NCBI GenBank assembly: GCA_038087875.1
Contig: CM075990.1
Span: 17,050,001-17,114,000, forward strand
Length of the DNA stretch: 64,000 nt
Source: Malacoraja senta
Lineage: Eukaryota
Direction: 5' to 3'
Shown here in pieces: positions 42,520-53,403 of this stretch. Numbering within the stretch: the stretch's first letter is position 1; each line of letters opens with the position of its first letter. Both the position numbers and the translations under genes were made by a program. Under the pieces are notes generated by a model. That model did not search any database. It was not told where the DNA came from and saw only the letters and a list, made by a program, of their open reading frames with translations.

Positions 42520-43025
42520 AGTAGGTGCTGAATCAACTGAGGTGAGCCTACCTGTAGGCGCTGAATCAACTGAGGTGAGCCTACCTGTAGGCGCTGAATC
42601 AACTGAGGTGAGCCTACCTGTAGGTGCTGAATCAACTGAGGTGAGCTTACCTTTAGGTGCTGAATCAACTGAGGTGAGCTTACCTTTAGGTGCTGAATCA
42701 ACTGAGGTGAGCTTACCTTTAGTTGCTGAATCAACTGAGGTGAGCCTACCTGTAGGTGCTGAATCAACTGAGGTGAGCCTACCTGTAGGTGCTGAATCAA
42801 CTGAGGTGAGCCTACCTGTAGGTGCTGAATCAACTGAGGTGAGCTTACCTTTAGTTGCTGAATCAACTGAGGTGAGCTTACCTTTAGTTGCTGAATCAAC
42901 TGAGGTGAGCCTACCTGTAGGTGCTGAATCAACTCAGGTGAGCCTACCTGTAGGTGCTGAATAAACTGAGGTGAGCCTACCTGTAGGTGCTGAATCAACT
43001 GAGGTGAGCCTACCTGTAGGTGCTG
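42520..43025 (-). repeat. 33-bp tandem repeat (15 copies) built from the FUT11 exon 1/intron 1 junction
   Basis: Minus-strand unit CAG|GTAGGCTCACCTCAGTTGATTCAGCACCTA or AAG|GTAAGC...; further copies at about 42207-42287 and 41645-41762. Confidence 0.95.
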
Positions 43026-44520
43026 CATGAGCTGCTGGACATAGCGGTCGCGGTCGGCGGCCACCTGGCAGTGTGACTGCAGGTAGAGGACGGGGGCAAG
43101 GCCGCGGCTGCGGGCCTGCTGCTTGTGGCCGAGGGAGAGTGGTGGCGGGCGGCGGAGGTAGGGCAGGCCGGGCAGCCACTGCAGGGAGAGCGGGTAGTCG
43201 GAGTGCCTGCGGAAGGTGGCCGTGTAGTTGAAGAGGCGGATGGCGGCGGCGTGGGCCAGCAGGTAGTTGTTCATGGGCGACTCCTCGTGGAAGAGGGCCC
43301 AGGTCTGGCGGGCGGCCCGCGGCAGCGGAGCCTCGTAGGCGCGGAGCTCGGTCCCGTACACGATGATGGCGGCGGCTCGGCCCCGGTGGCGGCGGCGGCG
43401 GCTCGACACACACGGCCCGGCCCGGCACTCGATGCGCTGCGTGCGGCGGGGAAGGTGCGGGAACAGCTGCCCGCTCCACCACACCAGCAGCGGCGGCTCC
43501 AGCACGGCCACCCCGGGGCTGGAGGCCTCACGCTGGGGCTGAGCATCTACCCCGGGCCCAGGCTCCGCTCCCTCGGCCTCTATCCCGGGCCCAGGCCCCG
43601 CTCCTTCACGCTGGGCCTCGGCCTCTACCCCGGGGCTGGAGGCCTCACGCTGGGGCTGAGCATCTACCCCAGGCCCAGGCCCCGCTCCTTCACGCTGGGC
43701 CTCGGCCTCTACCCCGGGCCCAGGCCCCGCTCCTTCACGCTGGGGCTGGGCCTCCACCCCGGGGCTGGGGCCTTCACGCTGGGGCTGAGCATCTACCCCA
43801 GGCCCAGGCTTCGCTCCTTCACGCTGGGCCTCGGCCTCTACCCCGGGGTTGGGGCCTTCACGCTGGGGCTGAGCATCTACCCCGGGCCCAGGCTCCGCTC
43901 CCTCGGCCTCTATCCCGGGCCCAGGCCCCGCTCCTTCACGCTGGGCCTCGGCCTCTACCCCGGGGCTGGAGGCCTCACGCTGGGGCTGAGCATCTACCCC
44001 AGGCCCAGGCCCCGCTCCTTCACGCTGGGCCTCGGCCTCTACCCCGGGCCCAGGCCCCGCTCCTTCACGCTGGGGCTGGGCCTCCACCCCGGGGCTGGGG
44101 CCTTCACGCTGGGGCTGAGCATCTACCCCAGGCCCAGGCTTCGCTCCTTCACGCTGGGCCTCGGCCTCTACCCCGGGGGTTGGGGCCTTCACGCTGGGGC
44201 TGAGCATCTACCCCAGGCCCAGGCTCCGCTCCCTCGGCCTCTACCCCGGGGCCCTCACGCTGGGGCTGGGCCTCGGCCTCTCGCTGGACCTCTCCCCCGA
44301 CTCCGGTCTCCGCTCCCCGCCCGCCCTCACGCTGGGCCCCGGTCACCTCCCCCTCGGCCCCCGCCGCCGCCGCCACCGCCACCCCGAACTGGAACTGTGT
44401 CAGCGCGGACGCGGGCTGGAACACTCCGGCCTCTCCCCGGGCCTCGGCCTCTCCCGTAGCCCCGGCCGCCGCCAGCAGCAGGAGGAGCGGCCACAGCAGC
44501 AGCAGCACCGCCGCCGCCAT
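43014..44520 (-). CDS. FUT11: FUT11 (GT10 fucosyltransferase 11 / POFUT4) coding exon 1, with expanded repeat stem and one apparent +1 frameshift near 44175-44179
   Basis: ATG at 44520, hydrophobic N-terminus [20 protein letters not shown]; then the FUT11 core PLLVWWS...[17 protein letters not shown]...[22 protein letters not shown]...[24 protein letters not shown]; donor CAG|GTAGGC. Exon is 1507 nt, i.e. 502 codons after removing one extra base. Confidence 0.93.
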
Positions 44521-45450
44521 TGCCCCGGCCCGGACCGGCACCAGCACCGCGCCACACTTTACGGCGCCACACTTTACGGGAGAAGGGCAGCGGCCGACAA
44601 CCCACTCCCACTTGACGGCAGGAGGTCGCGGTACAACCCAAGTCAACATGAGGAGCAAAGATGCTTGCTGGGAGCAGCTCCATCCTTCTGGAGGACATGG
44701 CAGCCTCCAGCATACACTGTTAACACACGGAACGCGTACTTTCTTACCTGTTAAAAAATGGTCAATGTTTGCGCTGTGAATAACTGTGGCGGGTGACAGC
44801 GCTCTGAAGCCGAGCACCAAGATGCGCATCCCTCAGGACAGCCCCCACTCTCACCCTGGGGTCAGCGCTGTCCAGCCACGGCCGCCCTCCACCCCGTCTC
44901 CCTCAGTGCGGCCGCACTGTCACGGGCTGTCGGACACACTGGGACGGACGGACACACACACACACACACACGGCTCCGGGGCACACACACACACACGGCT
45001 CCGGGGCACACACATGGGGCCATAAACCCCGCAACGTCCCCGTCAGCTGCAGCACAGTTGGGGACAGTCTGGTCCCTCCGCCCACCCAGTCACTGACCGC
45101 GCTGCACCGGCACCCCGACCACCCTCCCGACCACGTCCCAACCCCCTCCCCACCCCTCCTGACCACACCACCCTCCCCCAGACCATGCCCCACCCCCCCC
45201 ATCACCTTACCCACCCGACCACCTTCCTCCCCCCCCCAGACCACGCCCCAATCACCCCCCACTCCCGGATAGACGGCCCGGGGTCTGCGATTGTGGAACT
45301 AGTCAGCGTGGAGTCCGGATGCTGAGACAGAAGACAGGTCCGTTATACTGGAAGCCATGGTAAGTGCTTGCCTGCAGTTCACCGCGTGTACTCCAGTTGG
45401 CGTTGCGTGGCAACAGTACGAGTGACCTTGACTGCCGTGCAACCTCCCTC
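43020..45450. promoter_or_regulatory. CpG-island-like region covering FUT11 exon 1 and promoter
   Basis: Visibly high GC and CpG density relative to the flanks; not computed. Confidence 0.65.
43510..44285 (-). repeat. Coding minisatellite with a 330-bp higher-order period inside FUT11 exon 1
   Basis: [15 protein letters not shown] and GVDAQPQRE units; GGCTCCGCTCCCTCGGCCTC recurs at 43561, 43891 and 44222. Confidence 0.93.
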
Positions 45451-46649
45451 TATAGGATCTTTGATTAGGAGTAACTTCTCTACTTCATGTAACCCTTGCT
45501 TTCCCTCTCTCTCCCCACACCCCCCCCCCATCGTAATTCACCGACCAGCCTGATTCTGGATTTGTCCGGAATTATCTCTGCGTTGAGATGGCCTTAAGGC
45601 GGCCACACCGGGATTGGACAGCCCTAAGCACCACATATCTCACCTTCAGCAGACTCTGAACTTGGTTCATCCAGAGCCTCTGGGCAAGGCATGGACTGTT
45701 TTTGTAAGTAGGCTCTCATCCCCACATTTCTTTATGAAGTCACTTGAAATGTCACCGATCCATGTTCTCCGGAGATGCTGCCTGACCCCACTGAGTAACT
45801 CCAGCACTCTGTGTCTATCTTTGTGTTTGAAAGATGTTGCACAGACGTGCAGATATGCAAGAGGCCACCAGAGGGAAGCAGTGCCTTGCAGGATGCAATA
45901 CTCCCTCCAAATACAAAGCTGCAAGTTTTAGGGACAGGACTTTTATTGTCCCATGTCCCAGATAGAACAATGAAATTCTTACTTGCAGCAGCACAACAGA
46001 ATATGTCAACATAGAACTCTGTAAACAAGATGATAAATGAGAAAATAAAAAAAGTTCAATGTGTGCATACGCACATATAAAAAACAAACAATAATAGAGC
46101 AATAACTACAATAGTCTATTGTAGTTGAGAGCTTATTTGAGGTTGTCATGTTTAATAGCCTAATGCCAGGTTTTTATATGAAATTCTGGATGGATCTAGT
46201 GCTGTCATGTTTTCTGGCAACAGAACCATCACATTTTTACTGCAGTTTTACAGGATTTGGGCATTAATACAGAAAAATACACAATTATTAAGTTATAATG
46301 TTATTGATTATGTAATACTAGATAACCAGAATGTAATCCAGAATGTAATTGTGCAAAACTGAAGTACATTGAGCATCCTATACCAAGTCGAGAGAGAGTT
46401 AGACAGGGCTCTTCAAGATAGCGGAGTCAGGGGATATGGGGAGAAGGCAGGAACGGGTTACTGATTGTGGATGATCAGCCATGATCACATTGAATGGTTT
46501 GAACGGGAGAATGGCCTACTCCTGCACCTATTGTCTATTGAAAGGAAACTCAGAACTGCAGATACTGGATCCTCGACTGAAACACAAAGTGCTGGACTAA
46601 CTCAACAAGTTAGGCAGCATCTGTGCAGGAAATGGATCAGCGACGTTTT

Positions 46650-47230
46650 GTGTCAGTATCCATCAGTATGGGAGCACCTTAAGGCTGCGTGCTCAGCCCC
46701 CTGCTATACTCACTCTATACTCATGACTGTGTAGCCAGACAGTGCAAACTCCATCTTCATGTTCGCCGACGACACCACTGTAGTTGGACGAATTACAGAT
46801 GGTGATGAGTCAGAGTATAGAAGTGAGATCGACTGATTGACCAAATGGTGCCAGCACAACAACCTGGCTCCCAATATCAGTAAAACCAATGACCTGATTG
46901 TGGACTTTGGAAGAGGAAGGATGAGTACCCACAATCCCGTTTATATCAACGGGACAATGGTGGAGAGAGTCAAAAACTTCAAATTCTGGGCATGCATATT
47001 TCTGAAGATCTTTCCTGAACCTGGCACACTGATGCAATATAAAGTAAACACATCACGCCTCTACTTCCTGAGAAGATTACAGAGATTCGATCTGTCAGAG
47101 AGGATTCTCTTGAACTTCTACAGGTGTACAGTAGAGAGCATACTGACTGGTTGCATCGTGACCTGGTTCGGCAGCTTGAACGTCCAGGAGCGAAGAAGAC
47201 TGCATAAAGTTGTGAATACTACCCAGGCCC
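46650..47230 (+). mobile_element. Rex1/Babar-like LINE RT fragment
   Basis: FADDTTVVG, WCQHNNL..NISKTNDLIVDF, RLYFLRRL, LLNFYRCTVESILTGCIVTWFG. Confidence 0.85.
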
Positions 47231-47869
47231 TTAAGCAACATAGCTATCAAGGAATGACACAGAAAAACAAATCACAATGAAAACAATGGAGGCAGTGAAG
47301 CGGAGTATCATGGATGGTTTATGTTAAATTACAATGATAGACTCAGATATGTTTCGCTACATGTGGTCTGATATCTCCCCGTTGTTGGGACAGGTTCTCA
47401 ATCTGACAAATGTGGAGGTTCTGACCCACTGAGAGACTCTGACACTTTGTGTCCTTTTTCCCTGCATAACCTTCCTTAAATAAGGGACGTAAACCACCTA
47501 ATGTGGCCTCACCGACCCGTGTACAATTGCAACAATGGTTCTCCATTTTCAAAATACTTGCAATAAAGGTTATTATGCCATTAGTTTTCCTAACTACTTG
47601 ATACCCCTGAATTTTGACTTTTGTTGCCCGCTCAACAATCTCTACGTCTCACATTTGCAATCTCTCAGGTTAGATATTAGTCTGGGAACCTCCTAGTTAA
47701 GTACATCTCACCCTAACCTACAATAAACTGCATGTCCCCCTCACTCAACCCATGCAGAGTCCTAATATCATTACTATAGCGCGCCCTCCCACCTACTTGT
47801 GTCATCAAAACATACTTAGACACTTGCATTCCGCATCTTCCACGTCACCAATGCAGTAAATGCTACAAG

Positions 47870-48225
47870 CATACAATTACAAGAGATAGGACAAATGTTA
47901 ACATTGGCACTGACCATTGGGAAGCTGCAGGTGAGGAGGTGGAGAAAGGACCTCCAGGTGGGTATGAAGCACCACAGTAGCATGTGGTCCAAGACTCGGG
48001 GAGCCAACGCCACAAAATGATCAATGGCAACAGCAAAACACTCCCCGATCCAACGGCCAGAGACAACTTCACCTGTGGAAGCTGTGGGAGGGTCTGCCTG
48101 CCAGCCAGGGACAGGCCTAGTCAGCCACAGGAGATGCAACCACAGATGAAACATTCCCCTCTCCAAGCAGGACCAACGTCAAAGCTGCACCATCGTCTCC
48201 CGCAGACGGATCGATGCCACCATAT
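47870..48225 (+). mobile_element. Decayed RTE-like LINE 3' end
   Basis: NFTCGSCGRVC-type C-terminal Cys motif followed by a short 3' tail. Confidence 0.5.
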
Positions 48226-48883
48226 AAATGTGGGGAAGAACTAACCTTGAGGAAACTTGAGGAATCTGAAGAAGGGTTTCGGCCCGAAACGTTGCCTATT
48301 TCCTTCGCTCCATAGATGCTGCTGCACCCGCTGAGTTTCTCCAGCACTTTTGTCTACCTTGATGAAACTCCTCTAGTTACACCTCGCCAGCCAGAAGAGA
48401 CACACTTAAACACTTAACCCCCCCCCCCCCCAGAACTCTAAAGGGACTGTTCCCTCCCTGAAGCTCTGGGTCACTCTTGCATCCACACCAACATCACCCC
48501 CCCCCCCCCCCCCCCCCCCCCCACTCTCCCACAGCACCTTCCCATTACAGCAACACCCTGACCTATACGCGCATCCAATCCCAGGATCCAACACTGTTTC
48601 CTGGGCCAGTTTCCACACTGTATCACTCTATGACGCTAATACATCAAATGCAGCCTAACCAAAGTCTTATAAAGCGGCATCGTTTCCTGACTCTTATACT
48701 CAATGCCCCCGCTGATGAAGGCAAGCATAACACATGTCTATTTTGCTATTGTATCAGCTTGTGTTTCCACCTTCAGTCTTATTCTCCATCCTATCACTGA
48801 CAACCATTCTGTTCTTGTCACCTCTCCCCCTTCTCAGCAACTTAATATTGGCGGGGGTTTCTAACTCTTGTCAGTTCTGCTGT

Positions 48884-49349
48884 TTAAAGGTGGTTTGAGA
48901 GATTTCTGTGGCTGTTTTGGATCCTCTGGCCAAAGATGAGAAACACCAGCACGCTTTTCACAAAGTGGCTCCAGGTGAAGTCCGCGATGCTTGCTCTGTC
49001 CTTGCGGGTGGTGGCCATGTTGGTGGAGACGGCCATCAGCTGGGCCTTCAGCACCACAACCTCCCCACAGCACTGTGGCCATGTTCATCAGGGCCAAGCC
49101 CATCACCCAAGGCTGGCCACCAACAACCTTGATGAACACCTCAAGGTTCAGGTCATACTGAAGGTGGAGGGCATACAGAGCCGACGATATGAAGGTCAAG
49201 TGGGAGACAATGATCTCTAGCAGGAACAGAATGAAGAGTCTCTGGTTATTCTTTGCCACACACTTCATGAGGAAGAGGCAGTGGTGATCAAAGTTTTCCA
49301 TGCAACTGTTGCAGAGTCTGCAGTGCTTCGTTCCTTCTGGCTGAACAAT
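48884..49349 (-). CDS. Ankyrin-DHHC exon 10 (DHHC catalytic motif, terminal; +1 homopolymer frameshift near 49064)
   Basis: ctttag|IVQPEGTKHCRLCNSCMENFDHHCLFLMKCVAKNNQRLFILFL...NMATVLW / EVVVLKAQLMAVSTNMATTRK...NHL*. Confidence 0.92.
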
Positions 49350-51040
49350 CTAAAGAAATAATTTGGGATAAAGTTAAATAAGATAGATTCCAACACACCA
49401 TTCTCCAAATCATAAAAGTACTCACGAGACTGCATATTCCATCGTATTGTTAGCCACTACACATGTATCTGCATAACCTCCAATCATCCTGCCCAGCCAA
49501 ACACTGTTTGCAATGCCCAACGTTCTTGCAACTATTAACTTGAAGGAATGAGAGCATGAAGACACAATGTAGATCTACTCTACCCAATACTAACACATAT
49601 GTTATACACCACGCGGATCCATAATCCAGTCCGGGTCTTACCTTAGAGTCACCATATGTTACTAACGTTTTCAGCCACTAGGCGCTAGTCGGGATGTAGC
49701 CACGGTGGTGACCACTTGCAGTGTAACTTTATGCTAATAAACTTGTTGGATCGTTACTTGGTGTGTTCTTTATTAGCTCGACACACAAGGCACTGCAGAT
49801 GTTGGAATCTTGAGCAATGCATAAAGTGCTGGAGAAACTCAACGGGCCAGGCAGCATCTGTGGAGGGCATGGTAGGGTCCCAAACCTGAAACATCACCTA
49901 TCTATTCCCTCCACGGATGCTGCCTGACCCTCTGAGTTCCTCCGGCACTGTGTGTTTTTCTCTCTGCAGATGCATTTTCTGTTTTTTTCTCTCCATGTTT
50001 AGTGTTGTTTACAGCCTGAGACAGCATATGGCCATGCAGCATGGAGACAGGCCCTTTGATCCAACTTGTCCATGCTGACCAGAGTCATACAGCATGTAAA
50101 CAGGCTCTTCGGCCAAACTTGCCCACGCTGACCAACATGCCCCATCTACAGTAGTCCCACCTGTCTGTGTTTGGCCCATATCCATCGAAACCTCTCCTAT
50201 CCATGTACCTGTCCAATTGTTTCTTCGTTGCTGTGATAGTAACTTAAAGATTGTAACCAACATGCCCCATCTACAGTAGTCCCACCTGCCCGCTTTCGGC
50301 CCAGATCCCTCTAAACCTTTCCTATCTATGCACCTGTCCGAGTTTCTTTCAGATGTTATTAACGTATCTGCACAAAATAGATGGCTTAACTCTAATAAGT
50401 TGAAGATGCTAAAATGATGGACATATTATATAATGGGGCAGTTTCAGGGTTAACAACATATACAAGGTCAATACATTCTGCAATGTTCCAGAGACCCACC
50501 ACCCTCTGTGAGCTGGATCAGCTTTCGTATCCCCAAATTACACACTTCTGGAGAAATCAAACTATCATCTGTAGTTCCTTCTTAAACTAATCTGTTTAGG
50601 AAGGTAACTGGGTAGCGGCAACTGCGGAGGGTTTTATGGCCCCAACCACGGATGAACAAGGAGGAGGACCGACTGAACTTTATTGCCTTCCATCAGTGAA
50701 GAATGCCGTGGTGGATGTTTGTGTTAAATCTTACTGTGTATTGTGTGTTCTTTTTTAATTGTACCGCTGCTGGCAAATTCATTCCACTGCACCTTTCAGG
50801 TGTATGTGACGAATAAAATTGACTATTAAGGAACTGCAGATGCTGGTTTTAAACCAAGATAGACACAAAAAGCTGGAGTAACAGCGGGACAGGCAGCATC
50901 TCCGGATAGAAGGAATGGGTGACGTTCTGAAGAAGGGTCTCGAAGGGTCACCCATTCCTTCTCTCCAAACATATCTGGTGTTTTTCTAACAGCGCTGAGC
51001 AAGCGCACGAACAAGCTGCTCTCACAGCACCGGCCCCTAC

Positions 51041-51231
51041 CTCACAGTAGATGCAGAAACAAGATGGATTCTGCTTGGTTCCTATCAGGTGAGTGACGGT
51101 CAAACTCTTGGTCCCAAAGTCAGACTTGTGCAGATTCCCAGGGTCCTTGGTCAGCAGTTTCATGAACATCCAGAACAAAAGAGTAGCCAGCAGCGTCATG
51201 AAACACAGCAGCAGCTTCGCTGGCCAGAGAG
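51041..51231 (-). CDS. Ankyrin-DHHC exon 9 (TM + DPG motif + start of the Cys-rich domain)
   Basis: LWPAKLLLCFMTLLATLLFWMFMKLLTKDPGNLHKSDFG...NPSCFCIYCE; donor GAG|GTAGGG, phase 0. Confidence 0.9.
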
Positions 51232-53321
51232 GTGTGGTGGTCAAGGAGAAATATCACCCTTTGTGGGCTCAGCTGCCAATTGTCTTCAATATCCACCTCA
51301 TTAAAAGGCACTAGTGTTGATGTGAATGTGTATCCTGAAGCTCACACTCAAGACCCAACTATTCTCTGAGTGGGAGTCGTTGTGTGACCATATTATCTAC
51401 AGAAAAGAACTGAAAAGGAAGATTACGGAGTTGCAGAGGAATTGGAGCTGGAGAGGCAATGGAGTTAGATAGGAATTAGGAATGCAGTCCCACTGCACAG
51501 CATCAGGCAAGGACATGATACAAGGCTCCATCAGAGCCGCAGTATTGAAACAGGCCCTTCAGCCCACCCTGTGCATGCTAACCAAATTGGCATTCTAGAC
51601 TAGTCCCATTTGCCTGCATTTGGCCCGTTGCCCTCTAATCCCTTCCTTTCCCTATACATGTACACGTCACGTAATTGTACCCGCTTCCTCATTCCAGTTA
51701 GGGACTTCCCTCTGAGTGAAAAAGTTACCTCTGAGCTACTGGTTAAATCTCTCCACTCTCATCTGAATCGTCTGCCCTTTAGTTTTAGAATCCTAACTTC
51801 TGGGCAAAACGACTATGAGCATTCACCTTATCTATGCCCCTCGTTATCACTTACATCTCAGTAATGTCACCCCTCACCCTCCTGGGCTCCAAAGGAAAAG
51901 TCCCAGCCTGCCCAACTTCTCCCTTTAACTATAGGCCACAAGCCCAGGTAGCTAACATCGAGACATGTCCCACCTACACTGGGTGGATAAAAGGAAACAG
52001 AACCCGAAGACGAGGGAACGTTTCCTTTGACGCAGTGAATGGTCGTTATTGGAGCCGAATCATCTAAAAGGACAGTCACAACAGTTAGATAAATAGAAAA
52101 TAGGTGCAGGAGTAGGCCATTCGGGCCTTCGAGCCTGCACCGCCATTCAATATGATCATGGCTGATCATCCAGACTCAGTATCCTGTACCTTTCTTCCAT
52201 ACCCCTGATCCCTTTAGCCACAAGGGCCACATCTAACTTCCTCTTAAATATATGCCAATGAACTGGGCCTCAACTACATTCTGTGGCAGAGAATTCCACA
52301 GATTCACCACTCTCTGTGTAACAAATGTTTTTCTCATCTCAGTCCTAAAAGATTTCACCTTTATCCTTAAACTGTGACCCTTTGTTCTGGACTCCCCCAC
52401 CTCGGGAGCAATCTTCCTACATCTAGCCTGTCCAACCCCTTAAGAATTTTGTAAGTTTCTATAAGATCCCCCCTCAGTCTTCTAATTTCTAGCGAGTACA
52501 AGCCGAGTCTATCCAGTCTTTCTTCATATGAAGTCCTGACATCCCAGGAATCAGTCTGGTGAACCTTCTCTGTACTCCCTCTATGGCAGAAAATGTCCTT
52601 CCTCAGATTAGGAGACCAAAACTGTACGCAATACTCCAGGTGTGGTCTCACCAAGACCACTGTACAACTGCAGTAGAACCTCCCTGCTCCTATACTCAAA
52701 TCCTTTTGCTAAACATCCAGTTGAATGTTTTTAGATTGGATTAGAGATGCAGTGTGGAAACAGGCTCTTCGGCCTAGTCCACGACGACCATCCACACACC
52801 GGTTCCATGTTACCCCACTTTCTCATCCACTCCCTACGCCATAAGGGCAATTTACGGCGGTCAATTACCCTACAAACCCCACACATCTTTAGGATGTGGG
52901 AGAAACTCGCACAGTCACAGGAAAGAACGTGCAAACACCACACAGACAGCAGCCAAGGTCAGGATTGAACCTGGTTCTCTGGTGCTGAGAGGCAGAAGCT
53001 TTACCGCTGCGCCACCGTGCCACCCAATAGCAGTGTTCAAAATACTTTAAAATGTTATAGGGCCATGGGGAAACATCGCACCATTTACACAAATCTAATT
53101 GAAAGCATCCTGGCATCACAGTGATAATCTATTGGCTCTGGAGCATGTTGGCATATTTTGTAAAGAAGGTGGAAGCTCCGTGGAAAGGATATTTTCTTTG
53201 CATTCTCTACCACAGAGTTACCTTGAGCCATTCGATATTGGTAGGAATAATCGTCCATGTCTAACTATTGTTGATCAGCACCTTAATGTTTGTTAAATAC
53301 AACAGTGCAGGTAAAGGATAT
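51232..53321 (-). other. U12-type (minor spliceosome) AT-AC intron
   Basis: 5' site ATATCCTTT at 53321-53313; branch site TCCTTGAC at 51247-51240; terminal AC at 51233-51232; no polypyrimidine-AG in front of the next exon. Confidence 0.85.
52090..52710 (-). mobile_element. CR1-clade LINE 3' fragment inside the U12 intron
   Basis: [21 protein letters not shown]; [37 protein letters not shown]. Confidence 0.87.
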
Positions 53322-53403
53322 CTGCAGGATCTTGCTGTAGAAAACAGTACAAGAATGAAGGATTCCTGCAGCAAAGGAGCCAAGGTACACCGGGTTGGGC
53401 CAC
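53322..53403 (-). CDS. Ankyrin-DHHC exon 8 (TM), followed by a U12-type donor
   Basis: ctcacag|(R)WPNPVYLGSFAAGILHSCTVFYSKIL; ends at |ATATCCTTT. Confidence 0.8.

Noticed and set aside
42476-42964. 162-aa plus-strand ORF ([11 protein letters not shown])n
   Set aside because: Antisense reading of the 33-bp donor repeat; it starts inside a LINE fragment and has no gene context
42520-43025. CRISPR-like regular array
   Set aside because: Contiguous tandem units with no unique spacers, no cas genes, eukaryotic context
43125-44459. 444-aa plus-strand ORF
   Set aside because: Antisense shadow of the GC-rich, repetitive FUT11 exon 1
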